Assembly: GCF_000015025.1 (NCBI RefSeq) | Contig: NC_008578.1 | Location: forward strand, 1,230,001-1,262,000 | DNA from: Acidothermus cellulolyticus 11B | GTDB taxonomy: Bacteria > Actinomycetota > Actinomycetes > Acidothermales > Acidothermaceae | DNA length: 32,000 nucleotides | Direction of reading: 5' to 3' | Shown here: positions 11,909-22,323 of the stretch, piece by piece | How the letters are laid out: every line of letters starts with the position of its first letter | How positions within the stretch are numbered: the stretch's first letter is position 1 | Translations under genes and position numbers: made by a program | The notes under the pieces: generated by a model | Told to the model about the DNA's origin: nothing | What the model saw: only the letters and a program-made list of their open reading frames with translations | Databases searched by the model: none

Positions 11909-12892
11909 ATGCTGGCCTACACGGTGCGGCGAATTCTCGTCGCTATTCCACTCCTTATTGTTTCGACCTTCGTGGTCTTCCTGCTCGTCACGTTCTCCGG
12001 CGATCCGCTCGCGCAGTTACGGACGAAGCAGCCCCCGCCGACCCCTCAGGTCATCGCCAATTACCGGCACATGCTTCGGCTTGACCAACCGATTCTGCTC
12101 CGGTACTGGCACTGGATCACCGGGCTGCTGCACGGCGATTTCGGGCCGTCCGTTCAGGGTGGCGGTGCGCTGAACATCGGTCACGAACTCGCCCGGCGGA
12201 TCGTCGTCTCGTTGCGGCTGGTCATTGCGGCCATCATCATTGCGATGATTATCGCGGTGATTGTCGGCGTCGTCAGCGCGGTGCGCCAGTACACCGTCAC
12301 CGATTACTTCCTCACCTTTACCGGATTCCTTTTTCTCTCGCTGCCCATCTTCTGGTTCGCCTTGCTGCTCAAAGAAGCCGCGATCTGGCTGAACGTGCAT
12401 GTCGGCACCCGCATTCAGACACTGGGGGAGAGCTCGCCGACCGTCGGTCCCGGCTTTGGGAATCACTTCGTCGACGCACTCGAGCACCTCATCCTGCCGA
12501 CGATTGCGCTCGCATTGGGCACCTACGCGGCGTGGAGCCGGTTCAACCGGGGATCGATGCTTGAGGTGCTCTCCAGCGACTACATCCGCCTCGCGCGCGC
12601 CAAAGGCCTGCGTCGTTCCCGGGTCTTGGTGCGCCACGCCCTGCGTACCGCGCTCATCCCGTTCGTCACGGTGACGGCACTCGATATCGCCGGGCTGCTC
12701 AGCCAGACCATCGTCACCGAGACGGTCTTCCAGTGGCGTGGCATGGGCGACTTCCTGTTCAGCGCTATCAAGGCTTTGGACGTGTACGCCGTCCTCGCCT
12801 GGCTGCTCGTCGCCGCAATCATTGTCATTGTCTTTAACCTGATTGCGGATTTGCTGTACGCCGTGCTCGATCCCAGGATCCGCTATGAGTAG
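11909..12892 (+). CDS. ABC transporter permease (DppB/OppB-like)
   Basis: The ORF is 327 aa from the ATG at 11909 (MLAYTVRRILVAIPLLIV...). It is a multi-TM hydrophobic protein with the conserved cytoplasmic loop SDYIRLARAKGLRRSRVLVRHALR. GTG at 11906 is an alternative start. Confidence 0.88.
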   Translation: MLAYTVRRILVAIPLLIVSTFVVFLLVTFSGDPLAQLRTKQPPPTPQVIANYRHMLRLDQPILLRYWHWITGLLHGDFGPSVQGGGALNIGHELARRIVVSLRLVIAAIIIAMIIAVIVGVVSAVRQYTVTDYFLTFTGFLFLSLPIFWFALLLKEAAIWLNVHVGTRIQTLGESSPTVGPGFGNHFVDALEHLILPTIALALGTYAAWSRFNRGSMLEVLSSDYIRLARAKGLRRSRVLVRHALRTALIPFVTVTALDIAGLLSQTIVTETVFQWRGMGDFLFSAIKALDVYAVLAWLLVAAIIVIVFNLIADLLYAVLDPRIRYE

Positions 12893-13859
12893 CCGGCCCG
12901 AGGAACCGCTGAAACTCTCCGCGCCGAGTGCGCAGATCCAGGGGGCGCCGCTGGACCGGGGACCGGCGACCGAGCCCGGCGAGTACGAGTTCACCGTCCG
13001 CGCACGGTCACAATGGCAGCTGGTCTTGCGCCGGTTCTTTCAGCATCGGCTCGCCGTCGTGAGCCTTGGCGTGTTCGTGGCCATCATTTTGTTCGCCTTC
13101 GTGGGCGGTGCACTCTGGCACTACAGCTACCAGCAATTCACCAACGACTACAGCGCGCCGCCGAGTCTCAAGCACCCCTTCGGCACGGACGCGGCGAGTC
13201 ACGACACCTTCGCGCAAGTTCTTCGCGGCACTCAACGGTCGCTGGAAATTGCGCTCTTCGTCGCGGTTGCGTCCACCGCGTTCGGCACCGTGTACGGAGC
13301 GATCGCAGGGTTCTTCCGCGGTCTGCTGGACGCGGCCATGATGCGCCTCGTCGACCTCTTCCTCACCTTCCCGCTGCTCGCCGTCGCCGCGATTCTGGGC
13401 GACCAGCTAGGTCCGAAGGCAAACGGCTGGCTGTGGATCGCGCTGGTCATCAGCGCCCTCACCTGGCCGTACGTGTCGCGCGTTGTCCGTGGGGTCGCCC
13501 TGTCGATCCGCGAAAAGGAGTACATCGAAGCGGCCCGTGCCCTCGGCGCCAGCAATGGACGGATCATTCTGCGGCACGTCATCCCCAACGTGATGGGTCC
13601 GGTCATTGTGACCGTCACGATTCTGGTCGCTGCGGCGATCCTCACCGAGACCGCCCTGTCGTTCGTCGGTTTTGGCGTGCAGGCCCCGGACACGTCCCTC
13701 GGTCTCTTGGTCAGCCAGAATCAGACGGCAATCGAAACACGCCCGTGGCTGTTCTATTTTCCCGGCGTCTTCATCATCCTGATCGCCCTCACCATCAACT
13801 TCATTGGTGACGGGTTGCGGGATGCGTTCGACCCCACGCAGCGGCGGGTGCGGGCATGA
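12885..13859 (+). CDS. ABC transporter permease (DppC/OppC-like)
   Basis: The ORF is 324 aa from the ATG at 12885, overlapping the upstream stop by 8 nt. It has a multi-TM profile and the loop EYIEAARALGASNGRIILRHVIPN. Confidence 0.88.
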   Translation: MSSRPEEPLKLSAPSAQIQGAPLDRGPATEPGEYEFTVRARSQWQLVLRRFFQHRLAVVSLGVFVAIILFAFVGGALWHYSYQQFTNDYSAPPSLKHPFGTDAASHDTFAQVLRGTQRSLEIALFVAVASTAFGTVYGAIAGFFRGLLDAAMMRLVDLFLTFPLLAVAAILGDQLGPKANGWLWIALVISALTWPYVSRVVRGVALSIREKEYIEAARALGASNGRIILRHVIPNVMGPVIVTVTILVAAAILTETALSFVGFGVQAPDTSLGLLVSQNQTAIETRPWLFYFPGVFIILIALTINFIGDGLRDAFDPTQRRVRA

Positions 13860-14968
13860 CCGGCGAGTTGGTGAACGGCTCCTTCACCCCGACGGCCGCA
13901 ACCGGGTCGAACGGCCTGCTCACGGTGGCGGACTTGCACGTGGACTTTCCGACGGACGACGGCATCGTCCGGGCGGTCCGCGGCATGTCGTACACCCTCG
14001 CCCCTCGGGAAGTGCTGGGCATCGTCGGTGAATCCGGTTCGGGAAAATCGGTCGCGTCACTCGCGGTGATGGGTCTGCTGCCGAAAAACGCCCAAGTACG
14101 GGGCACCGTCCGGTTCCGGGACGAAGACCTGCTGGGCCTGACGGAGAATGGTTTGTCCCGCTACCGCGGCGAGCACATCGCGATGATTTTCCAGGATCCG
14201 ATGACCAGCCTGAATCCGGTGTACACCGTCGGTTGGCAGATCGTCGAGGCCATCCGCGCCCATCGCGATATCAGCAAGCCCGCCGCACTCCGCCAGGCGG
14301 TCGAACTGCTGCGGGTGGTCGGAATTCCGCATGCCGAAGAGCGGGTTCACAATTATCCGCACGAATTCTCCGGCGGCATGCGGCAGCGGGCCGTCATCGC
14401 CATGGCCATCGCCAACGATCCCGACGTCATCATCGCGGACGAACCGACGACCGCGCTTGACGTCACGGTGCAAGCGCAGGTGCTGGAGAGCTTGCGGGCG
14501 GCCCGGGAGCGCACCGGCGCTGCAATGATCCTCATCACCCATGACCTGGGGGTGGTCGCCGGCCAGGCGGATCGGGTCCTCGTCATGTACGCCGGCCGGG
14601 CGGTCGAAGTCGGCACGGCCGACGACGTGTTCTATCGACCCCGGATGCCGTACACTCTCGGCCTGCTCGGCAGCCTGCCGCGGCTGGACAGCACCGGACG
14701 GCGCCGGCTGACGCCCATCCAGGGTTCCCCACCGTCACTGATCAACCTGCCACCGGGCTGCCCGTTCGCGCCACGCTGTCCGATCCGGCAACCCATGTGT
14801 CTGGTCGAGGAGCCTGAGCTTCGCCCAACGGATCGTCCGGACCACTTGGCGGCATGTCATTTCAGCGACCAGCTGGTGGGTGTCTCCCCGGGTGATCTGT
14901 TCCGCCCGACCGCCCGAGACGATGTGCTCCCGGCAGAGGGGGAGCCGGGACCGGAGGTGTCCTCGTGA
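13856..14968 (+). CDS. ABC transporter ATP-binding protein (DppD/OppD-like)
   Basis: The ORF is 370 aa and has an ATGA overlap with the permease stop. Motifs are Walker [10 protein letters not shown], signature [12 protein letters not shown], Walker [13 protein letters not shown], and an oligopeptide-type C-terminal domain with CPFAPRCP. Confidence 0.92.
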   Translation: MTGELVNGSFTPTAATGSNGLLTVADLHVDFPTDDGIVRAVRGMSYTLAPREVLGIVGESGSGKSVASLAVMGLLPKNAQVRGTVRFRDEDLLGLTENGLSRYRGEHIAMIFQDPMTSLNPVYTVGWQIVEAIRAHRDISKPAALRQAVELLRVVGIPHAEERVHNYPHEFSGGMRQRAVIAMAIANDPDVIIADEPTTALDVTVQAQVLESLRAARERTGAAMILITHDLGVVAGQADRVLVMYAGRAVEVGTADDVFYRPRMPYTLGLLGSLPRLDSTGRRRLTPIQGSPPSLINLPPGCPFAPRCPIRQPMCLVEEPELRPTDRPDHLAACHFSDQLVGVSPGDLFRPTARDDVLPAEGEPGPEVSS

Positions 14969-16023
14969 CCATGACGGAAACCTTGGGTTCCCCACCGGCG
15001 CCGGTGGGCCGCGAGCCCATTCTCGCGGTCCGCGACCTCGTCAAGCATTTCCCGGTGCGAGGGCGCGGGTTGGTCCGCCGCGTCGTCGGTCAGGTGCACG
15101 CGGTCTGCGGAGTGTCTTTCGACCTCTATCCAGGGGAAACCTTGGGTCTGGTCGGCGAGTCAGGGTGCGGGAAGACGACGACCAGCCGGGTCGTTCTCCG
15201 GCTGCAACCGGCGACCGCCGGGCAGATCGTCTTCCAGGGACAGGACATCACCACACTCTCCGCCCGCCAGATGCGCAGCCTGCGACGCGAAATTCAAATC
15301 ATCTTCCAGGATCCCTACGCCTCACTCGATCCGCGCATGCCGGTCAGTGAGATCGTGGCGGAGCCCCTGCGCATCCACGGCCGCTACAACGGGCGGACCG
15401 GACGGCGCCGTGTCGCTGAACTGCTCCAGACCGTCGGGCTCAACCCGGAGCACGGCAACCGCTATCCGCACGAATTCTCCGGCGGTCAGCGGCAGCGGAT
15501 CGGCATCGCTCGTGCTCTGGCCCTTCGGCCGAAGGTGCTCGTCCTCGACGAGCCCGTCTCCGCTCTGGATGTCTCGATCCAGGCGGGTGTGCTGAATCTG
15601 CTGCAAGAGCTGCAGGAGCAGTTCGGTTTGGCATACCTGTTCGTGGCCCACGATCTGGCCGTCGTGCGGCATATTTCGCATCGCATCGCCGTCATGTATC
15701 TCGGCAGGATCGTGGAGATTGCGAACACTGACGAGCTGTTCGCCGCGCCCGCGCACCCGTACACTCAGGCCCTGATCTCGGCGATACCGATTCCCGATCC
15801 GCGCAAGGAACGGGCACGGAAGCGGATCGTCATCACCGGTGACGTGCCAAGTTCCGTCAACCCGCCGAGCGGTTGCCGGTTCCGTACCCGCTGCCCGTTA
15901 TTTGCCGAAGCCTTGACCGATGAGCAGCGCCGGCGGTGCATCGAGGAGGTCCCCGAGTTGATTGATCGCGGTCAGGGTCATCCGGTCGCCTGCCATTACG
16001 CTCGGGTGGTGCAGGTACTATGA
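14965..16023 (+). CDS. ABC transporter ATP-binding protein (DppF/OppF-like)
   Basis: The ORF is 352 aa. Its GTG overlaps the upstream TGA, and ATG at 14971 is an alternative start. Motifs are Walker [10 protein letters not shown], signature [12 protein letters not shown], Walker [13 protein letters not shown], and C-terminal CRFRTRCP. Confidence 0.92.
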   Translation: MTMTETLGSPPAPVGREPILAVRDLVKHFPVRGRGLVRRVVGQVHAVCGVSFDLYPGETLGLVGESGCGKTTTSRVVLRLQPATAGQIVFQGQDITTLSARQMRSLRREIQIIFQDPYASLDPRMPVSEIVAEPLRIHGRYNGRTGRRRVAELLQTVGLNPEHGNRYPHEFSGGQRQRIGIARALALRPKVLVLDEPVSALDVSIQAGVLNLLQELQEQFGLAYLFVAHDLAVVRHISHRIAVMYLGRIVEIANTDELFAAPAHPYTQALISAIPIPDPRKERARKRIVITGDVPSSVNPPSGCRFRTRCPLFAEALTDEQRRRCIEEVPELIDRGQGHPVACHYARVVQVL

Positions 16024-16069
16024 CCGCCGTGGCTGCCACGCCTCGTGATCCGCGGATAGGGGAGCGTAC

Positions 16070-16297
16070 GTGATCGGAGCATTGCAGATCGTCGCTTCGC
16101 TGACCAGCCTCTTGCTGGTCGTGCTCATCTTGTTGCACCGCGGCAAGGGCGGCGGCCTCTCCGATCTTTTTGGCGGCGGGTTCACGTCCACGTTCGCCGG
16201 TTCCTCGGTCGTCGAGCGGAACCTGGACCGCATCACCCTCGTCACTGTGCTGCTCTGGATCGGGTCGATAATCGCGCTGCTGTTCCTCATGACGTAG
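16070..16297 (+). CDS. secG: Preprotein translocase subunit SecG
   Basis: The ORF is 75 aa. It has two hydrophobic helices flanking the Gly-rich loop HRGKGGGLSDLFGGG. A GGGGAG RBS precedes the GTG at 16070. Confidence 0.85.
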   Translation: MIGALQIVASLTSLLLVVLILLHRGKGGGLSDLFGGGFTSTFAGSSVVERNLDRITLVTVLLWIGSIIALLFLMT

Positions 16298-17051
16298 GGC
16301 TTGTCCACCCGGGAGAACGGCTTGCCAATCCCGTCGCAGCCGCTTCGTCGATCAACCAGAGGGTCCGCTCCCGGCCGGCGACCTGTCCCGCGGGAAGACC
16401 GCCGCCGCCAACCGCCTGCCGCACGGCAGCTGCCTTCTCCGGCCCGGCGACGACCAGCCAGATCTCGCGCGCCTCGTTGAGGGCGGGTAACGAGAGCGAG
16501 AGCCGGGTTGGGGGTGGTTTCGGCGCATCCCGCACCGCGACGACCGGATCGGTCGCGGCGAGCAGCGGCGAGCCAGGGAAGAGCGAGGCGACGTGCCCGT
16601 CCTCACCGACGCCGAGCAGAAGCACATCGAACGCCGGCACCGAGCGGTGCGGTCCGGCGGCGGCCGCCAGTTCCGCGGCGTACCGCCGGGCCGCTTCGTG
16701 CGGGTCAGACTGCGGACCGTCCGCTGCCGGCATCGGGTGCAGCCGTCGAGGATCGGCCGGCACCTTGCCGAGGAGTGCAGCGTGCGCCGCGGCGTCGTTC
16801 CGGTCGGGATGTCCAGCCGGAACGAAGCGTTCATCACTCCACCAAACGTTCACCCGGGACCAATCGAGCGCGCGGCACGCCGGAGAGTCGGCAACCTGCG
16901 CGAGAACAGCGGTGCCGATCCGGCCGCCGGTGAGCGCAAGGTGAGCTTCGGCCTGCGCCGCAAGCATGTCAATGAGCCGGGTGATCAGGCGGGCCGCGAC
17001 TGCAGCGGCGAGAGTCCCGGCGTCCGGATGGATGATGATCTGGCGGGTCAT
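16287..17051 (-). CDS. pgl: 6-phosphogluconolactonase
   Basis: The ORF is 254 aa. Motifs are LALTGGR, WWSDERFVP and LLLGVGEDGHVASLFPG. Its ATG overlaps the opcA stop (ATGA). Confidence 0.9.
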   Translation of the reverse strand: MTRQIIIHPDAGTLAAAVAARLITRLIDMLAAQAEAHLALTGGRIGTAVLAQVADSPACRALDWSRVNVWWSDERFVPAGHPDRNDAAAHAALLGKVPADPRRLHPMPAADGPQSDPHEAARRYAAELAAAAGPHRSVPAFDVLLLGVGEDGHVASLFPGSPLLAATDPVVAVRDAPKPPPTRLSLSLPALNEAREIWLVVAGPEKAAAVRQAVGGGGLPAGQVAGRERTLWLIDEAAATGLASRSPGWTSPTS

Positions 17052-17992
17052 CCGGTGGTGGCCTCGGCCGCCTCGGTCGCCGGATCGGCCGACATGCTCA
17101 GCCGGCGCAGCACCTCGCTGTAGGTATCGTCGGGGTCGAGACGGCGCATTTCTTCGGCAAGCAACTCCGGGGTCGGCCGGCGGGGGAGCGGCACGGTGCG
17201 GTCCGGTTGGCCTGGTCGGCTGAGACGGGCAAGCCGGCCGTCCGGCCGGGTAATCGCAATGTCACCGCTGCGGGTGCAGAGCCGCACCTCGGTGATGCCC
17301 GGGCCTTTGCTGACCCGGCGTTCAACCTCGATACCGAGCCGCCACTCCAGCCAGGTGGCGAGCAGTTCTGCGCTGGGATTCCGACGCGCCGCCGCGACGA
17401 CACCTCCGGTGAGCGGATCGAAAGGTTGGTCGAGTGCGGCGGCAAGCAGCGTGCGCCACGGGGTGACGCGGGTCCAGGCGAAATCCGTGTCACCCGGGGT
17501 GTGATGCGCCGCCCGCTCCCGGAGGGTGGCGAGTGGATCCCGGTTCGCGGCGCTGTCGGTGACCCGTCGCTGGGCCAACGCACCGAGCTCGTCATGGGCC
17601 GGGTCGACCGGGCCGCCCCCGGGCCACCAGACCAGCACCGGAGCGTCCGAAAGAAGCAGGGGCAGGACGACCGACGCGGCGTGCTGGCGAAGCGGTCCGT
17701 ACAGCCGGAGCACGGCGACTTCGGCCAGCGAGTAGTCCTCACCCACCCGCAATTCGGCGTCCATCCGTGGGGTGCTGCGGTCGCCGGTGCGCCGGATGAC
17801 CGCGACGATCCGGGACGGATGTTCCCGCGAGGCGGCAACGGCCGCGCGTACGGCGTCGTAGTGGCCGGCTTCGTCGACGTCAATGACCAGAGTGAGGACC
17901 ATGCCGAGCGCGGCGATACCGGCCCGTCGGCGCGCCTCGCCGAGCGCGGCGAGCACCTCGGCCGCCCGGGTGTCGGTGAGATCCCGGTTCAT
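17048..17992 (-). CDS. opcA: Glucose-6-phosphate dehydrogenase assembly protein OpcA
   Basis: The ORF is 314 aa from the ATG at 17992 (MNRDLTDTRAAEVL...), which overlaps the zwf stop (ATGA). It has an OpcA-like segment VLPLLLSDAPVLVWWPG and the conserved zwf-opcA-pgl position. The 510-aa ORF extending to 18580 overlaps zwf and is Arg-rich junk. Confidence 0.82.
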   Translation of the reverse strand: MNRDLTDTRAAEVLAALGEARRRAGIAALGMVLTLVIDVDEAGHYDAVRAAVAASREHPSRIVAVIRRTGDRSTPRMDAELRVGEDYSLAEVAVLRLYGPLRQHAASVVLPLLLSDAPVLVWWPGGGPVDPAHDELGALAQRRVTDSAANRDPLATLRERAAHHTPGDTDFAWTRVTPWRTLLAAALDQPFDPLTGGVVAAARRNPSAELLATWLEWRLGIEVERRVSKGPGITEVRLCTRSGDIAITRPDGRLARLSRPGQPDRTVPLPRRPTPELLAEEMRRLDPDDTYSEVLRRLSMSADPATEAAEATTG

Positions 17993-19530
17993 GGCCGCCG
18001 CCAACTCCGGCCGTCCCGGGCCAGCATCTCGTGGGCGCACGCCGGTCCCCACCCGCCGGCGGGATAGGGCTCGGGTGGTCCCTGCGCCGCCCAGAACTCC
18101 TCGATGGGATCGAGGATTTTCCAGGCCAGTTCGACCTCCTCGTGGCTGGGGAAGAGCGGCGGGTCGCCGAGCAGGACGTCGAGCAGCAGCCGCTCGTACG
18201 CCTCGGGGCTCGACTCGGTGAACGACTCGCCGTACGCGAAATCCATGTTGACGTCGCGCACTTCCATCGCGGTGCCGGGAACTTTTGAGCCGAAGCGCAG
18301 CGTCACGCCCTCGTCCGGCTGGATCCGGATGACGAGCGCGTTCTGACCCAGCTCCTCGGTGGCGGTCTTGCTGAACGGCAAGTGCGGCGCGCGTTGGAAG
18401 ACGAGGGCCACTTCGGTGACACGCCGGGCGAGCCGTTTGCCGGTGCGCAAGTAGAACGGCACACCGGCCCAGCGCCGGGTGTCGACCTCCAGTTTTATCG
18501 CAGCGAACGTCTCGGTGTGCGAATTCTTCGGAATGCCGTCCTCTTCGAGGTAACCGCGAACCCGTTCCCCGCCCTGCCAACCGGCGGCGTACTGCCCGCG
18601 TGGCGTGTACAGCGCCAAATCGCGGGGCAGCCGCACGGCGGAGAGCACTTTCGTCTTCTCTTGGCAGAGCGCGTCGGCATCAAAACTCACCGGCTCTTCC
18701 ATTGCCGTCAAGGCAAGGAGCTGAAGCAGATGATTCTGGATGACGTCACGGGCTGCGCCGATACCGTCGTAATAGCCGGCCCGCCCGCCGATGCCGATAT
18801 CCTCCGCCATCGTGATCTGTACGTGATCGACGTACGACCGGTTCCAAATCGGCTCGAAGAGCGTGTTGGCGAACCGGAGGGCGAGGATGTTCTGAACGGT
18901 TTCCTTCCCGAGGTAGTGGTCGATGCGGAACACTGCCTCCGGTGGGAACACCTCGCTGATGATGGCGTTCAATTCGCGGGCGCTCTGCAGGTCGTGGCCA
19001 AATGGTTTCTCGACGACGATGCGCCGCCACGCGTGTCCTTCGCTGGCCGACAGGCCCGAACGACGCAGTTGCGAGATGACCTGCGGAAAGAATTTCGGCG
19101 GTATCGACAGGTAGAAGGCGTGATTGCCGCCCGTGCCGCGGACCCGGTCCAGGTCACGGATGGTGCGGGCCAGCGTGTCGAACGCCTGATCGTCGCCAAA
19201 TTCCCCGGGGACGAACCGGAATCCCTCCGCGAGCTGGGCCCACACCTCTTCGCGGAACGGCGTACGCGCATACTGCTTGACCGCGTCGTGGACCACTTGC
19301 GCAAAATCCTCATTCGCCCAATCCCGCCGGGCGAATCCCACCAGGGCGAATCCGGGAGGCAGCAGTCCCCGATTCGCCAGATCATAAATCGCCGGCATGA
19401 GCTTCTTGCGCGAAAGATCGCCTGTCACGCCGAAAATGACCAGTCCGCACGGCCCGGCCACCCGCGGCAACCGGCGGTCCGCAGGGTCGCGGAGCGGATT
19501 GGCAACCGTCGACATCCTCGGATCCGTCAC
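17989..19530 (-). CDS. zwf: Glucose-6-phosphate 1-dehydrogenase
   Basis: The ORF is 513 aa from the GTG at 19530, or 508 aa from the ATG at 19515. Motifs are GVTGDLSRKKLMPAIY (NADP fold), EKPFGHD and RIDHYLGKE. Confidence 0.94.
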   Translation of the reverse strand: MTDPRMSTVANPLRDPADRRLPRVAGPCGLVIFGVTGDLSRKKLMPAIYDLANRGLLPPGFALVGFARRDWANEDFAQVVHDAVKQYARTPFREEVWAQLAEGFRFVPGEFGDDQAFDTLARTIRDLDRVRGTGGNHAFYLSIPPKFFPQVISQLRRSGLSASEGHAWRRIVVEKPFGHDLQSARELNAIISEVFPPEAVFRIDHYLGKETVQNILALRFANTLFEPIWNRSYVDHVQITMAEDIGIGGRAGYYDGIGAARDVIQNHLLQLLALTAMEEPVSFDADALCQEKTKVLSAVRLPRDLALYTPRGQYAAGWQGGERVRGYLEEDGIPKNSHTETFAAIKLEVDTRRWAGVPFYLRTGKRLARRVTEVALVFQRAPHLPFSKTATEELGQNALVIRIQPDEGVTLRFGSKVPGTAMEVRDVNMDFAYGESFTESSPEAYERLLLDVLLGDPPLFPSHEEVELAWKILDPIEEFWAAQGPPEPYPAGGWGPACAHEMLARDGRSWRRP

Positions 19531-21158
19531 TAGGCCAGCTCGTTGGCGGCGTCAAGGACCTGTTCGATGCCGGCCGTCCGGTCCCGCAGATGGAGCCGGA
19601 TCGCCGGGCGGCCGCGTTGGCGCAGTGCCCGCAAATCGCCCAGCGCCTGGGCAAGCTGCAACCGGCCGAAGGTGAACGGCCGGCCGGGAATTTCCAGATC
19701 GGCCTCATGCGCGCCGGTGAGCTGGAGGAAAACGCCGACCTGCGGGCCGCCCTTGTGGTACTGCCCGGTCGAGTGCAGGAACCGGGGCCCCCATCCGAAG
19801 GTCACCGGGCGGCCGGTGTGCAGGGCCAGGCTCTTGCGCAACAGCGCGGCGGCTGCATCCTCATGGCGGTCCAGGTACGCCATGACAGCCAGATATCCGT
19901 GCTCCGGTATCGCACCGAGCAGTACGGCGAGCACGTCCCGAATCGTCGCCGCGCCCGCCAGGAGCTCGGGATCGTCGGCGTACACCGCAACAGCGTCCTC
20001 GACGAAGACTGGCGGCCGTTCGGTGAGCGGACCGGAACCCGCTTCGTCGAGAATCCGCGCGGTGTTCTCCTTGGATTCCGCCACATTCGGCTGGTCGAAC
20101 GGGTTGATGCCGAGCAGACGGCCGGCGAGGGCGGTGCCGAATTCCCAGGCAAGGAAGGAACCGCCGAGGGTGCCTGAGACGGTGACGCCTTCGAGATTCA
20201 GCGGATTTCCGAGCGTGACGAGCACGCGATCGGGGAGGTCGAGGTAGTCCGCCGCATCGACCGATTCGACAACGACCGGTAGCAGACCCGTGCCTCGTTT
20301 CCCGGTGGATTCGGCGAGGAGTTGCTCCGCCCAATCCGCAAAACCCGGCTGCCGGGATCCGAAATCCGCGAAGAAGATTTTGTCCCGGCCGCGTCGGCCG
20401 GCACCGCCGAGGAGCGCACCGAGGAGCGCCCCGGGACCGTCGTCCGCTGCCACAGTCTCGGCGAAAGCGGCGGCGTCGTCGAGCAGGCCGGCGACATCCA
20501 CCCCGGCGAGGGCGGTAGGCACCAACCCGAAAGCGGACAGGGCGCTGTACCGCCCGCCGACGTTCGGATCGGCGAGAAACACCCGGTAATCGGACTCGCG
20601 GGCGATTTTCTCCAACGGGGAACCGGGATCGGTGACGACGACAATGCGTTCGGCCGGGTCAATTCCCGCATTCCGGAAAGCCGCTTCGTAGACCCGACGG
20701 TGACTGTCGGTTTCGATGGTCGTGCCGCTCTTGCTGGAGACGACGAGCACGGTGTGCTCCAACCGATCGGCCAGCGCGTTGCGGATCTGGCCGGGGTCGG
20801 TGGTGTCCAGGACGGTGAGCCCGACGCCGGCCGTCGCAGCAATAACTTCCGGGGCGAGCGACGAGCCGCCCATTCCGGCGAGGACGACGTGCGTCAGACC
20901 GGCGGACCGGACGCTTGCCGCGAACGCGCGGAGCTCGGGGAGAAATTCCCGTGAGCTTCGCGGCAAGTCGATCCAGCCGAGCCGGATCCGAGCCTCTGCC
21001 TCGGCCTCCGGTCCCCACAACGTGGCGTCCTTTGCCGCAAGCCGCGCGGGGACACCGGCGAGTTCCGCAGCCGCTTCCCGAGCCGTTTCGAGAAGCTGCT
21101 CACCGGCGACGGTGACGATGACACCGCCGGCCTCAACCGAGTGCGTGTGCACGCTCAT
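19530..21158 (-). CDS. pgi: Glucose-6-phosphate isomerase
   Basis: The ORF is 542 aa. SIS-domain motifs are [12 protein letters not shown] and [13 protein letters not shown]. Its ATG overlaps the tal stop (ATGA). It is embedded in the pentose-phosphate operon. Confidence 0.85.
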   Translation of the reverse strand: MSVHTHSVEAGGVIVTVAGEQLLETAREAAAELAGVPARLAAKDATLWGPEAEAEARIRLGWIDLPRSSREFLPELRAFAASVRSAGLTHVVLAGMGGSSLAPEVIAATAGVGLTVLDTTDPGQIRNALADRLEHTVLVVSSKSGTTIETDSHRRVYEAAFRNAGIDPAERIVVVTDPGSPLEKIARESDYRVFLADPNVGGRYSALSAFGLVPTALAGVDVAGLLDDAAAFAETVAADDGPGALLGALLGGAGRRGRDKIFFADFGSRQPGFADWAEQLLAESTGKRGTGLLPVVVESVDAADYLDLPDRVLVTLGNPLNLEGVTVSGTLGGSFLAWEFGTALAGRLLGINPFDQPNVAESKENTARILDEAGSGPLTERPPVFVEDAVAVYADDPELLAGAATIRDVLAVLLGAIPEHGYLAVMAYLDRHEDAAAALLRKSLALHTGRPVTFGWGPRFLHSTGQYHKGGPQVGVFLQLTGAHEADLEIPGRPFTFGRLQLAQALGDLRALRQRGRPAIRLHLRDRTAGIEQVLDAANELA

Positions 21159-22273
21159 CGACCTCGCTCCCGCCGTGCCCGCTCCAGCGAACGCGTCACC
21201 GCCGCCGCGAGCTCCGTCCAGGACGCCTCGAATTTCTCAACGCCCTCACGCTCGAGCGTGTCCGTGACGTCGTCGTAGTCAATGCCAAGTGTCGCCAACG
21301 CATCGAGGGTTGCCTGCGCATCGGCGTAATACCCGCGGATCGTGTCGCCGCGGATGACCCCGTGGTCGTAGACAGCCTGCAGGGTCGATTCCGGCATGGT
21401 GTTCACCGTTCCCGGCGCGACCAACTCGGTCACGTACAGCGTGTCCGGCAGCGACGGATCCTTCGTCGAGGTCGATGCCCAGAGCGGCCGTTGCGGGCGG
21501 GCGCCTTTCGCCGCGAGCGCCTGCCACCGCGGCGTGGCGAATTTCTCCTCGTAGGTCCGGTATGCGAGCCGTGCATTGGCGACAGCGGCCTTAGCCTTCC
21601 ACTGCAACGCCTCGCCGCCGATTTTCTCCAGTCGCTTGTCGACCTCCGTGTCAACGCGGGAGACAAAAAAGGAGGCAACCGACGCGAGTCGCGAGAGGTC
21701 ATGTCCGGCCTCGATGGCCCGCTCGACGCCGTCGAAGAACGCGTCGATGACCTGTTCGTAGCGCTTCACCGAGAAGATGAGGGTCACGTTGACGCTGATG
21801 CCTTCGGCCAGGCATTGGGCGATCGCCGGCAAACCCTCTACGGTGGCCGGAATTTTGATGAAGAGATTCGGCCGGTCGACGAGCCACCATAGCGCCCGTG
21901 CCTCGGCGATGGTCGCCTCCGTGTCATGGGCCAGCCGGGGGTCCACCTCGATCGAGACCCGGCCGTCGACACCATCGGTAGCGTCAAATACCGGCCGCGT
22001 CACGTCGCACGCCCAGCGCACGTCGTACGCCGTCAAGGCCCGCAGCGCTTCGTTCACGTCAACACCGCGGACCGCGAGGTCGCGCAGTTGATCCTGGTAC
22101 CGGGCGCTGCCTTCGATGGCCTTGCCGAAGATGGTCGGGTTCGTCGTGACGCCGACCACGTGCCGGTCGCGGATGAGTGCGGCGAGATTCCCGGTCTGCA
22201 ATCGGTCCCGGCTGATGTCATCGATCCAAATCGAGACACCCGCAGCGGAGAGTTCGGCGAGTGGGTCAGTCAT
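21155..22273 (-). CDS. tal: Transaldolase (long actinobacterial type)
   Basis: The ORF is 372 aa. Motifs are VTTNPTIF and FIKIPAT (Schiff-base Lys region). A GAGGAGG RBS lies upstream of the ATG at 22273. Confidence 0.93.
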   Translation of the reverse strand: MTDPLAELSAAGVSIWIDDISRDRLQTGNLAALIRDRHVVGVTTNPTIFGKAIEGSARYQDQLRDLAVRGVDVNEALRALTAYDVRWACDVTRPVFDATDGVDGRVSIEVDPRLAHDTEATIAEARALWWLVDRPNLFIKIPATVEGLPAIAQCLAEGISVNVTLIFSVKRYEQVIDAFFDGVERAIEAGHDLSRLASVASFFVSRVDTEVDKRLEKIGGEALQWKAKAAVANARLAYRTYEEKFATPRWQALAAKGARPQRPLWASTSTKDPSLPDTLYVTELVAPGTVNTMPESTLQAVYDHGVIRGDTIRGYYADAQATLDALATLGIDYDDVTDTLEREGVEKFEASWTELAAAVTRSLERARRERGR

Positions 22274-22323
22274 CGGATGGGCCTCCTCTTCGTCTTGGCC
22301 GACGGCCGGGACAGCGGCCGCCG

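Noticed and set aside
18382-19533. A 383-aa plus-strand ORF antisense to zwf. Comparable antisense or off-frame ORFs occur at 6756-7865, 8137-9036, 10569-11465, 12017-12994, 17207-18067, 27623-28387, 28401-29213, 29183-30001 and 30556-31578.
   Set aside because: All of them lie fully inside strongly supported genes on the other strand or in another frame. All show the biased composition typical of non-coding frames in high-GC DNA.
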